Shown: positions 12,955 through 26,675 of the stretch, in pieces | How positions within the stretch are numbered: the first letter of the stretch is position 1 | Layout of the letters: the number at the start of each line of letters is the position of its first letter | Assembly (NCBI GenBank): GCA_009914755.4 | Contig: CP068257.2 | Location: 6,528,001-6,592,000, forward strand | DNA length: 64,000 bases | Source of the DNA: the human T2T-CHM13v2.0 reference genome, Homo sapiens | Direction: 5' to 3' | The notes under the pieces: model-generated | Databases searched by the model: none | What the model saw: only the letters and a program-made list of their open reading frames with translations | What the model was told of the DNA's origin: nothing | Translations under genes and position numbers: made by a program

Positions 12955-13259
12955 GACCATTTTCCCTTTTCGCTCTCCCTTCCATTCACAGGGCTTTTCA
13001 TTCTCTCTGTTTCTACCTCCGTTTCAGATATTTACTCACCTTTTTCTCTCTCACTATGTCTGCCGTGGTCTCCATGAGAGTGCGCCACATAAGATTCCTC
13101 CATTAAAAGTCATGAATTGAGTGGCTTTTACTATACCTGTGGTTGTGCACATTCAATTTTAATTCGCAATCCATTGTAGAACGTCTTGTCACCCCCGACC
13201 AGAGAAAATCCCTGTAGACATTAGTCACTCCTCATTCTCTCTCAAACCCTCTCCCTGAC

Positions 13260-13450
13260 CCTTAGCCCTAGGTAGCAACTACCTAGTGCGATCAACCCCA
13301 TATGCACAGATTTCCATATTGTGGGCATTTCCTACAAACGGAATTGCACAATAGGTGAGCTGTTATGACTGACATAACACGTAGCACAATATTTTCAAGA
13401 TTCATCCACATTGTAGGCTTACCCACAGGGGAAACCATTTTGTGGGGGGT
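13260..13450 (-). mobile_element. Short L1 3'UTR-start fragment (antisense)
   Basis: cataacacgtagcacaatattttcaagattcatccacattgtag resembles the antisense L1 segment cacttagcataatgttttcaaggttcatccatgttgtag. Confidence 0.4.
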
Positions 13451-13471
13451 TTTAGTAACACCGGGTGTTTT

Positions 13472-13545
13472 CTCCTTCTTTTCTTCCTTCTTTCCTTCCT
13501 TCCTTCCTTCCTTCCTTCCTTCCTTCCTTCCTTCCGTCCTTCCTC
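13472..13545. repeat. (TTCC)n microsatellite
   Basis: ttccttccttccttcc… about 18 units. Confidence 0.9.
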
Positions 13546-14302
13546 CTATTTCTCTCTTACTCCTTCTGCCCTCTCTCTTTCATTTGCCTTAGGTGCATCC
13601 CACATTCTGCGTTTTTTTGGGGAAATCCTCAACAGGTGCAGGAAAATTGTGTTATTTTAACTATTTACCGCTATCTCCCTTTCACGGCTCTCCATCAGTT
13701 GTGAACATCTATTGGTTTATCCCAAGTCACTAAGCATATTTTTATTAGGTACACCTGTTTTTCCTTATACAGCTGTTTCTGGTGTATAGGGTCGCATACT
13801 CATAAAACCAGTGTACCTGAGAAACGCATCTAATATTCCAATAAACCCATCATAACGTTGAAAAATTATGAATCAAACCATCATAAATCACGGTTTGTCC
13901 GTGGATATGGTTGTCATCCATTCCATTGTATTCAGTAATGCTGTACACCATTAACAATGGCAGACTGATTGGGAGTGGATATTGATAGCATTATAAAAGT
14001 CAGTTATTAGAGGGATACTTCTTTAACCTGACTGAAGAAGTGATCTAATGGCTTAAGTACAGTGCATGATTATGTGAGATGTTTTGAGACAGAGTGGTAC
14101 ATTTGTGAATGAAATTTTATGGCTTTTTTTCACTTAGTAGGAAGCATTGTGTGTGGAAAAGTGAGAAAATTGCTTTCTGCTGTAGAGTCTGGCATTCATT
14201 GTAGATTTAAGCTTATTTTTCTGTGAGCAAATCTTATTCAATAAAATACTACTCTTTACACTAAAAAACAAAAACAGTGGTGATGTGTGGTCATTATCCT
14301 CA

Positions 14303-14590
14303 GCAAAGTAATCCAGGGAAAGAAAACCAAACGCCACATTCTCACTTATAATGGGAGCTGAAAAATGAGATCACATGGACACTGGAAGGGGAACAACACA
14401 CACTGGGGCCTTTCGGGAGGCAGAGCGTTAAGAAAAACAGCTACTGCATGCTGGGCTTAATACCTAGGTGATGGGTTGACAGGTGCAGCAAACCACCATG
14501 GCCCACGTTTACCTTAGTAACAAATCTGCACATCCTGCACATATACCCCAGAACTTAGAAACGAAACGAAACAAAAGAAAACGAAAAAGC
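14303..14590 (+). mobile_element. L1 3'-end fragment (mirror of 9110-9435)
   Basis: …cttataatgggagctgaaaaatgagatcacatggacac…taacaaatctgcacatcctgcacatataccccagaac. Confidence 0.7.
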
Positions 14591-15810
14591 AATAGCAAAA
14601 CGCTAAAGGCAAAATAAAGTTTCCAACTCAGAAAGTGACAGACCATTGTTTGGTTCAAATCATGGTTCTCAGCCCAGGTGCCATAAGGTCAGGATAAAGA
14701 ATTTGATTACATATTGTAAATAAGACATGCAGCAAATGACCAGAAAGATTATTCTCAACATATGTGTGTCTTCTAATTCAATGGTGACGCTATCTACCGG
14801 GACATAGCATTAGATTCCAAAGGGCCGAGTCCCGCCAGACAGGCCTCCCACACTCATAACAACGGGAAGCCCTACGTTGTTTTACCTGTGCTTCTCAGCA
14901 ACTGGCTATAAATCAGGTTGCCACCACTCCCAGATTTAGTTGCATTCATTGGCTGGAAGAGCTCACAGCACGCAGGGAAACACTTACATTTGCCATTGTA
15001 TTTTAGCGGACATTGCAAAAAGTTCAGAAATAAATGTGGGGCCCGGCATGTGGGGAGGGGCGCACTGCCTTCCAGGAAGTGTTATCCAGAAGCTCTCTGA
15101 ACCCAGTCCTTTTGGGTTTTTATGGAGACCTCATTCTATAGGCATGATGGGTTAAACCATAGGCTATTGGTGATCAACTCCACCTGAGGCTCTCAACCCT
15201 CCATGGAAATTGGGGTTGAGGCTTTGCCATTCTCAGTCTGACTAAAAGAAGTTACCCAAACGGAATTTTAAAACAGATGAGCATAACTGGACTCTTAATT
15301 AGATGATTGGATTATCTGGACACACACCTTGATATTCCAAACCGGAGCACCCTCATGCAACGAATGCTCCACCCAACTGGCTCCCAAGTCTCCACGTGGT
15401 TCCAGAGCAAAAGAATGTTTATACAACGCATATCTCTACTTTTTCTTCAAAGTCTTTTCGCTTACACGGAAAGACTTCTTAAACTGCCATGCATCAGGGT
15501 CAGGGGGAGGTCTTGTTGCAACACACATCTGTGGATGTCCGGGATTTGATTGTGGCAAGGATGCTGCTGGTGTCGCAACCACAACGTGGGAACCACAGAA
15601 CCACTGGTTGGTTTTCAGTGTTTCAGTGCATACAATTCCTAATATATCTGGCCAAGAAAACTTGGAAGTTCTTAGATTGTCCCAAAGGTGGCGCATGAAA
15701 TCAAAGCAGGAGAACAGATTCCTACGAGGTGTAGCCTGGGAAAGTTGGGGGTGACTGATGGAAAGGAGGAGTGAAGCTCCGCCCTTTCCGCTGCTAGGCT
15801 GCGCCCGAGG

Positions 15811-15819
15811 CTATTTAAA
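15811..15819 (+). promoter_or_regulatory. TATA-like element (ctatttaaa) about 25 bp upstream of a candidate TSS (ctgtactcagatcttcgcgg) for ORF copy 3
   Basis: A CpG-enriched 150-bp segment follows (cgcggagcggatcagcggccggagcgtttggcggactctgcgtgg…). The ATG at 16171 lies about 335 nt downstream. Confidence 0.35.
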
Positions 15820-15957
15820 CCCACCCTGGCTGGCCTGTACTCAGATCTTCGCGGAGCGGATCAGCGGCCGGAGCGTTTGGCGGACTCTGCGTGGACTTGG
15901 AGCTCACGGCGTCTTACGACTTGGAAGCGGATTCAGAGGACAGGACAGAACACTTGG

Positions 15958-16112
15958 GCAAGTGAATCTCTGTCTGTCTGTGTGTCTGTCTGTGTGTCTG
16001 TGTCATTGGTTGGTTGATTTCCATTTTCTTAAGGGGCACATACCTCACACCGCACACACAGAAACACACACATGCACACACACACACACGCACACACACG
16101 CACACACACTCC
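15958..16112. repeat. Compound microsatellite (TCTG)n…(CA)n in the putative 5'UTR of copy 3
   Basis: ctgtctgtctgtgtgtctgtctgtgtgtctgtg … cacacacacacacacgcacacacacgcacacacac. Confidence 0.85.
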
Positions 16113-16170
16113 TTCCTTCTGCGAGTTAGAAAATTAGTAGGGGCCCCTGGGAGCTGCAGGTTTCCTAATC

Positions 16171-19100
16171 ATGTCTGCCCCTAAGAACAGTAGGGACTTG
16201 TCTGGCTCTTCTTATGAACGGTCCCCCAGCCTGGACTCCCCAAGGTCCATGCGAGCCTCAGCCAGCTTCTCCCTCTCCCCTCTCAGAAACTCAGGCTTAA
16301 GGGGAAGCTCCTCACCAGGGATCCGGAGCTACCATTCACCATCCCCTAGGGCTTCACCACACTCACCTCTGTCATCACCAGAATCCCACAAGCTCCCATT
16401 TCCCTGTCCTCACCGTGACGGGCAATCAATGAAGCCATCGGGCTCTCCCGTGTCCTCCTCTGAGGATTCCTCAGAGTCCCCACGTTCATCAATAATATAC
16501 CACATGTTCTCACTGCCATCACCCAGCAGCTCACCCCCAGCTCTCGGGGGGTCTCCTGTGTCTCCCAGCTACTCCCCAAACAACCCCAGATTTAAGCTGG
16601 AGTCAGCCCCCCACACCCAGGAATCACCTACAAACTCACGAGCCTCACGGTGCTCCACCACTGTGTCTTTCATCTCTTCACCCCCAGTACTCAGGGACTC
16701 TCCTGTGGCTCCCAGTTACTCTCCAGCCATCCCCAGGTTCCTGCGGGAGTCAGCCCCATGCACCCAGGAGTCCCCCAGAGACTCACATGTCTCGGGATAA
16801 TATGAGCGGTCCCCCAGCCCTGACTCCTCAAGATTCATGCCTGCCTCACCCAGCTTCTCCCTCTCCCATCCCAGAAACTCAGACCCAAGGGGTAGCTCCT
16901 CACCAGGGATGTGGAAGTACTCTACATCATCCCGCAGGGCTTCACCACTCTCACATCCATCATCAACAGAATTCCACAGCTTTACGTTTCCCTTTCCTAA
17001 CCAAGCAGGACAGTCACTCATGTCATTGTGTTCTCCCGTGTCCTCCTCTGGAGATTCTTCACAGTCACCTCATTCATCAATAATATACCATATGTTCTTA
17101 CTGCCATCATCCAGCAGCTCACCCCCAGCCACCCATGACTCTCCTGTCTGTCCCAGCTACTCTCCAACCATGCCCAGATTTCAGCGGGAGTCTGTACCCC
17201 ACACCCCAGAAACACCTACAAACTCACAGACCTCAGTGAGATCCTGGCCAGTCTCTCTCACGTCTTCACCCCCAGCCCTTACGGACCCTCCAGTCTGTCC
17301 CAGCTACTCTCCAACCACGCCCACATTTCAGCGCGGGTCAGTTCCAGGAACCCAGGGATCACCGCCAAGCCCACCACTTTCACTGAGTTACTCCCCAGTC
17401 TCTAGCACGTCTTTATCTCCAACCCTCAGGGAATCGCCTGACTGTCCCAGCTACTCTCCAAACACGCCCACACTTCAGCGGGAGTCCGTTGCAGGCCCCC
17501 AGAAATCACCACCAAACTCACCAATTTCACTGCGTTACTCCCCAGTCTCTCTCATGTCTTCACCATCCCTCAGGGACTCTCCCGTCTGTCCCAGCTACTC
17601 TCCAACCACGCCCACATTGCAGCTGGAGTCAGTTCCAGGCACCCCGGAATCACCACCAAACTCACCAATTTCACTCAGTTACTCCTCAGTCTCTAGCATG
17701 TCTTTATCTCCAACCCTCAGGGACTCTCTTGTGTGTCCCAGCTACTCTCCAACCACGCCCACACTTCAGCGGGAGTCAGTTCCAGGCACCCAGGAATCAC
17801 CACCAAACTCACCAATTTCACTCAATTACTCCTCAGTCTCTAGCACGTCTTTATCTCCAACCCTCAGGGACTCTCCTGTCTGTCCCAGCTACTCTCCAAC
17901 CACGCCCACATTTCAGCTGGAATCAGTTCCAGGCACCCCGGAGTCACCACCAAACTCACCAGTTTCACTCAGTTACTCCCCGGTCTCTCTCATGTCTTCA
18001 CCCCCAGCCCTCAGGGACTCTCCTGTGGGTCCCAGCTACTCTCCAACCATGCCCAGATTTCAGCGGGAGTCAGTTCCAGGCACCCAGGTATCACCTACAA
18101 ACTCAGCAGTTTCACTGAGTTACTCCCCAGTGTCTCTCATGTCTTCACCCCCAGCGCTCTGGACTCTCCTGTCTGTCCCAGCTACTCTCCCACCACGCCC
18201 AGATTTCAGCGGGAGTCAGCCTCCCACACTCCAGAATCACCTACGGACTCACAGACTTCACTGAGGTCCTCCCTGGTCTCTCTCAGGTCTTTGCCCTCAG
18301 CCCACAGGGACTCTCGTGTCTCTTTCAGCTACTCTCAAAACTTCTCTAGATTGCAGCTGGAGTCAGTTCCAGGCACCCACGATACACCACCGAACTCACG
18401 AATTTCACTGACTTACTCCCCAGTCTCCCTCATGTTCTCACCCCCAGCCCTCAGGGACTCTTCTGTCTCTCTCAGCTACTCTCCAACCATCTCCAGATTT
18501 CACCTGGAGTCAGCTTCCCGCACCCAGGAATCACCTACAAACTCACGGACCTTACTGCAACCCTCCCCCATTTCTTTCACCTCTTCACCCCCTGCCTTCA
18601 GGGACTCTCCTGGGTCTCCCAGCTTCTCTCCAGCCTTCCCCAGATTTCTGCCACAGTCAGCCCCAGGCACCCAGGACAACCCTAGACACTCACAGGCCTC
18701 ACGACACTATCTCCCTTTGACCTGTACCTGTACAGGGATGGCTCCCACGCATCCCTCAGTGACCCCAAACCCATCTCCACCTACACTCAGACACTCCCAG
18801 GGCCTGACAGCTACTCCCCGTTATTGTCCTTCAGTTCGAAGCCCTGGCCAATCTACTACCCCACATGACGCAGTTACCTGGCCATTACTCCACGGTTCCC
18901 GTGAGGGCCCCACACCCAGCCGCACAAGAGCCCCTCCTGCATTCCGTCCTCACACGCAGTCCTGTCCATCTACTTGCTACTGTCACACTCTTGCCAGCAG
19001 AAGAGGCCCCTGTCATGGCCGATATCACCACCCAGTCTATCCTCACCCCACAGCTGTGCAACGGGACCCTCCTGCTGGCCCACGTGGCTGCCACATCCCA

Positions 19101-19233
19101 TGCTGGCACGACACTCCAGCAGGTCGGCGTCCCTGCGGGACACACTACCGGTGACATGGCTAGCATCACCCTCCTTCCTGGCAGTGACACTGTTGATGTG
19201 AACCCCAGTTTCACATCTGTCATTTGTAAATAG
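16171..19233 (+). pseudogene. S/T/P-rich repeat ORF, copy 3. GAA>TAA nonsense at 16801-16803 (shared with copy 2) and a frameshift between 18264 and 18291
   Basis: 16171-16800 (209 aa) and 16837-18264 (475 aa) are in the same frame, separated by one stop. 18291-19154 is in another frame. The product is collinear with the copy-1 ORF. Confidence 0.4.
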
Positions 19234-19530
19234 TACCATTTTCCCTTTTCGCTCTCCCTTCCATTCACAGGGCTTTTCATTCTCTCTGTTTCTGCCTCCG
19301 TTTCAGATATTTACTCACCTTTTTCTCTCTCACTATGTCTGCCGTGGTCTCCATGAGAGTGCGCCACATAAGATTCCCCCATTAAAAGTCATGAATTGAG
19401 TGGCTTTTAGTATACCTGTGGTTGTGCAATTTCAATTTTAATTCGCAATCCATTGTAGAACGTCTTGTCACCCCCGACCAGAGAAAAACCCTGTAGACAT
19501 TAGTCACTCCTCATTCTGTTTCAAACCCTC

Positions 19531-21715
19531 AGGGCCTGATGGGAAGGCACTTTCGTCTGTGGGTGACCCATGCCCTGCTTCTCCTTTGCACGGTTTCTTT
19601 TTTTTTTGCTACGATAGATGCCTTTCCTCTCCTTCCTCAAATCTCACCTTCCCTTCATGTGGCTTCTGTCTGCCTTGGGGTACACCTAGCGGCCCGATTT
19701 GCACTGTGGGATCGAACCAGGGACTCCAGGGTCCCTGAGGCCCAGCACAAGGCCTGATGGGAAGACACTTTCGTCCATGTGGAGGACCCAGTCCCCGCTT
19801 CTCTGTGGCTGGGTTTTTTTTTCTCTGCCCCAGGTGCCTCACCTTCCCCTCTTGTGCCTTCTGCAAGCTTTGGGGTACCCCTAGCGGCCCAAGGCACACC
19901 CTGGGCTCGAACCATGGAAGCCAGGTTCCACAGGGTCAAGCGCAGTGGCTGATGATAAGACACGTTCTTCCTCGGGGACCCCGGCTCTGCTTCTCTGTTG
20001 CGTTTTTTTTTCTTTTCTTTTCCACAGGTGCCTCACTTTCCTGTCATGGGCTTTCTGCCCGCCTTGAGGTACCCCTATCCGGCCCGAGGCGCACCCTTGT
20101 TTTGAGCCAGGGATGCTAGGGTCTCCGGGGCCCAGTGTAGGGCTTATGGGTAGGGACGTTCGTCCATGGGGAACCCAGGCCCCACTTCTGGGTGGCGCAG
20201 TTTTTTATTTTGTTCTCTGCCCCAGGTGTCTCACCTTTCCCTCATGGGCCTTCTGTCTGTCTTGGGGTACCCCTAGCGGCCTGAATCGCACCCTGGTCTC
20301 GAACCAGGAATGCCAGGGTCCCCTGTGCCCAGCGCAAGGGCTTATGGGAAGACACTTTCGTCCGTTGGGGACCCAGGCTCCGCTTCTCCGTGGTGCAGTT
20401 TTTTTTTTTCTGCCACAGGTGCCTCACCTCTCCTTCCTCAAACCTCAACTGCCCCTCATGGGATTTTAGCCCCCCTTGTGGTACCCCTAGCAGGCCCGAG
20501 GCGCACCCGGGGCTTGAACCGGGGTCTCCAGCGTCCACGGTGCCCAGCTCAGGGACTGATGGGAAGGCACTTTTTTTCCATGGGAGACCCAGGCCCCACT
20601 TTTCCGTGGCTCGGTTTCTTTTTCTTTTCTGCCACAAGTGCCTCACCTCTCCTCCCTCACAGCTCACCTTCCTCTCATGGGCTTTCCACCGCGTTGGGGT
20701 ATCCCTAGTGGCCCGAGACTCTCCATGAGCTCCAACCAGGGACTCTAGGTTCCCCGGGGCCCAGCGCAGGGGCTGATGGGAAGGCACTTTCATCCGTGGG
20801 GTACCCAGGCCCCACCTCTCCGCGGTGCGGGTTTCTTTTTTTTCTTTTTCTGTGACAGGTTCCTCACTTCTCCTCCCTCAAAACTCACCTTCCCCTCACG
20901 GGTTTTGTGTCCCCAAAGCCCCCTTGGGGTGCACTTAGTGGCCGAGGCACACCCTGAGCTCGAACGAGGGACACCAGGGTCCTTGGGTCCCAGTGCAGGG
21001 ACTGATGGGAAGACACTTTCGTCTGTGGGGCACGCAGGCCGTGTTTCTCCGTGGTGAAGTTTTTTTTTCTCTGCCCTAGGTGCCTCACCTCCCCCTTAGG
21101 GGCTTTCTGCCCACCTTGGGTACCCCTACTGTCCCGAGGCGTACCTCAGGGTCAAACCAGGGACGCCAGGGTCCCCAGGGCCCAGCGAAGGGGCTGATGG
21201 GATGGCACTTTCATCCGTGGGGGACCCAGGCACTGCTTCTCGGCTGAGCATTTTTTTTTCTCTGCCTCAGGTGCCTCACCTTCCCCTCATGGACCTTTTC
21301 TTTGCTTTGTGGTACCCCAAGCTGTCCCGAGGCACACCCTGGGCTCGAACCAGGGTCGCCAGGGTCCACCAGGCCCAGCATAGGGCCTGATGGGAAGGCA
21401 CTTTCATCCGTGGGGGACCCAAGCCCCGCTTCTCTGAGACGCGGTCCTCTTTTTTTATTTTTTCTGCCCCTGGTGCCTCACCTCTCCTCCCACAAACTTC
21501 AACTTCCACTCACGGGCCTTCTGTCCAAGTTGGGGTACCCCTAGTCGCCTGAGGCACACCCCGGGTGTGAACCAGGGATGCCAGAGTCCCTGGGGCCCAG
21601 CGCAAGGTCTGATGGGAAAAAACTCTCGTCCCTGGATGACCCAGACACTGCTTCACGGCGCATTTTTTTTTCTTCTTTGCCCCAGGTGTCTCACCTTCCC
21701 CTCATGGGCCTTCTG
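19531..21715. repeat. GC-rich satellite, ~215-bp monomer, about 10 copies (possibly gamma-satellite-like)
   Basis: The motif ggcctgatgggaaggcactttcgtc…gacccaggccccgcttctc…ttttttttt…caggtgcctcacc…ggggtacccctagcggcccgaggcacaccctgggctcgaaccagggactccagggtccc recurs at 19535, 19752, 19950 and onward. Each unit has an internal T-run. Confidence 0.7.
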
Positions 21716-22140
21716 CCTCTCTGCGCCTGCGCCGGCGCTGTGGGCCTCTCTGCGCCTGCGCCGGCGCTGTGGGCCTCTCTGCACCTGCCCCGGCGCTGTG
21801 GGCCTCTCTGCGCCTTTCGCCGGCGCTGTGCGCCTTTGCGAGGGCGGAGCTGCGTTCTTCCCAGCACAGCCAAGGAGAGCATCGCCAGGGCGGAGCTGAG
21901 TTCTCCTCTGCACAGACTTCAGATATACAGCGAAGGCGGAGCAGTGTTCTCCTCAGCACAGACCCAGGCGGGCCGGGGGCACCGCGAGGGCGGAGCTGCG
22001 TTCTGCTCAGCACAGACCCGGGGGACACCGCTAAGGCAGAGCAGCGTTCTCCTCAGCACAGACCTTTGGGGCACTGCCTCGCTTTGGGACAACTCGGGAC
22101 CGCATAGACGGTGAATAAAATCCTTCCCTTTTGCAGCCCT
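21715..22140. repeat. GC-rich minisatellites (about 30-bp and 40-bp units) ending in AATAAA
   Basis: tctctgcgcctgcgccggcgctgtgggcc ×3.5, then gcggagc(a/t)gcgttct(c/g)ctcagcacagacc ×5, then ggtgaataaaatcc. Confidence 0.6.
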
Positions 22141-22469
22141 GAATAATCAGGGCCAGAGACCAGTTAGAAGGGCTCAGTGTGGAAAAGGGAAACCAAAAGC
22201 CCCTCTGAATCCTGCCAACCGAGGTTCTCCCAAGCCAAGCCGAGGCGGCCACAGTGCGAGATCCACACCGCAGCCTCGGAAGACAAATGCAGCATTCCTA
22301 ATGCAGACATGACACCCAAATTATGACACTCCCGTTGCTCATGTAACAAGCACCTGTAATGCTAATGCACTGCCTCAATACAAAAATATTAATATAAGAT
22401 CCACAATCCCCTTGCTGCCATGCAGTCCTAAGACAGAGATCATAATAATCTACATTGACATAGTACAAA

Positions 22470-22760
22470 CGTAGTAACGAACCTAGGGTTAAGGTTGGTG
22501 TTAGGGTTAGGGGTTAGGGGTTAAGTTTAGGGTTAGGGGTTGGAGATAGGGGTTGGGGTCAGAGTTAAGAGTTAAGAGTCAACGTTTAGAGTTAGAGGTT
22601 AAGAGAGGTTAGGGGTTAGGGATAAGGGGTTAGGGTTGTGGTTAGGGGTTAGGCTTAGGGGTTACGGTTAAGGGTTAGGGTTAGGGTCAGGGGTTAAGGG
22701 TCAGGGTCAGTGGTTAGGGATCAGGGTCAGGGGTCAGGGTCAGGTTCAGGGGTCCCACTC
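22470..22760. repeat. Degenerate interstitial telomere-like repeat (TTAGGG/TTAGGGG/TCAGGG variants)
   Basis: gttagggttaggggttaggggttaag…gggttagggttagggtcaggggttaagggtcagggtcag. Confidence 0.85.
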
Positions 22761-22761
22761 T

Positions 22762-25320
<2,559 letters not shown>

Positions 25321-25321
25321 A

Positions 25322-25475
25322 CAACCAAATTGTTTTCCACAGCAAGGGCATCATTTTCTATTCCTAGCAGCCAGATCATGAGGGCTCCAACTTCTCTACC
25401 TCCTTAGCAACATTTATTTTCTGTGTCATTGTTATGAAAGCCTTACTTGTGGGTGCAGAGTGGCATGAATGTAGT
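25322..25475 (-). repeat. 150-bp L1-derived segment (ORF2 about aa 1090). It is the left copy of a direct duplication that brackets the GC-rich tandem repeat
   Basis: gaggaacaaccaaattgttttccacagcaagggcatcattttctattcctagcagccag… is about 92% identical to 26676-26825. Confidence 0.65.
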
Positions 25476-25479
25476 CAAT

Positions 25480-26675
25480 TAACACGTTTATTACCTCACA
25501 GAATCGTCACCTTTTTGTGTGCATGGGTGGGATAAGAAAACTTAACTCTATCCCCTGTGACGGAATAGTGGCCATTCCAGCTGCTCCAGGCTCCAGCTGA
25601 GGAAGACCAGGGTATGTGGCCCCACCAGGGTGACCCTCAGGCCTGGCGCTCACGCATTCCAGAGGCCACCCAAACCATGCTCCGCCATCTGGGCTCCCAA
25701 GCTGCCGTCGCCCTCTGTGTGCAGGCAGCAGCTGCCTGGCAACCCCCGAGCCCGCTCGCGCTCCTAGCATCACAGAAGCAGGGCCACGTGTCCCAGTGGC
25801 TGCAGCCAAGCCAGGCATTCTGCCCTGCGGCAGCAGCTGCACAGGAGCGAGAACTGAGAACCCACCGCTCAACCCCACACGAGGTGACTGCCGAGTGCCC
25901 ATACAAACGGCTCCGATCTCCCTCAGGTGGAGGAGTGGTCGGGAGGCACGGCCTGGGGGACCTCAGGCTGGGCGCGCTGGCGATCCCAAGGCCGACCAGG
26001 CCATGCACTTCCAGCCCGCCTGGGCACCCGAACTGCAGCTGCCTTCTGCGTGCAGGCAGCAGCCTCCAGGCAACTCCCGAGCTCGCCCACACTCCCCACA
26101 TCTCGGAAGCAGGGCCAAATGTCCCTGTGGCTGTGGCCAAGCCAGGCGGTCTGTCCTGCAGCAGCTGCACAGGGGCGGGAACCGGCCCTCAGCCCCATCC
26201 CCGGTGGCTGCAGAGGGCCCCTGGATAGAGATCTGGAGCTCTGACAGAGGAGGAGCCAGGCCGGGACAGGGTCTGGCAGGCTCTCAGGCCAGGGGCACCC
26301 GCGATCCAGAGGCGGCCCAGGGCATGCTCCACCACCTGGGCACCCAGCTACAGGCGCCGGGCGACTCCCAAGCTGGCTGGCGCGCCCAGCCTCGCAGAAC
26401 TGAGGCTAGATGTCGCCGTGGCTGTGACCAAGCCAGGCGGTCTGCCCAGGGGCGGCTGCACCGGGGCAGGAACCGACCCTCAGCCCCATCCCCGGTGGCT
26501 GCAGACGGCCCCTGGGGCGGCCCCGATCTCTCTTCTGAGGAGGAGAGGGGCAGGAGTCACGGCCAGGCGGGTCCTCAGGCGGGAAGGAATGCGCGCCTGC
26601 AATTCCGGGATGTCCCGCGCCAGCCCAGGAGAACCCGCAAGCCAGCGGCGCCTGTTTCTCTGTGTGATGCTTTGA
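25480..26675. repeat. GC/CpG-rich tandem repeat, ~300-bp unit, about 3.5 copies
   Basis: Blocks ending …cagcagctgcacagg(g/a)gcgggaaccg(g/a)ccctcagccccatccccggtggctgcaga(g/c)ggcccctgg recur at about 26220 and 26520. …ccaagccaggcggtctg(t/c)cc recurs three times. Confidence 0.65.

Larger units (their letters stand above)
9780..13250 (+). repeat. Direct-repeat copy 2 of the duplicated unit (5'UTR, ORF, 300 bp downstream); it lacks the promoter segment
   Basis: Near-identical to 16060-19530. Confidence 0.8.
13900..19530 (+). repeat. Direct-repeat copy 3 of the duplicated unit (full upstream region, promoter, ORF, downstream); abuts the GC-rich satellite at 19530
   Basis: 13900-16170 is the reverse complement of 7509-9780. 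16060-19530 is near-identical to 9780-13250. Confidence 0.8.

Noticed and set aside
19530-22350. Numerous 60-180-aa ORFs across the 215-bp satellite and GC minisatellites
   Set aside because: Same reasoning. These are GC-rich tandem repeats, and the ORFs repeat with the satellite period.
22470-22760. A true telomere
   Set aside because: The repeats are degenerate (TTAGGGG, TCAGGG, TTAAGAG variants), only about 290 bp long and internal to the window. This is an interstitial or relic telomere-like tract.
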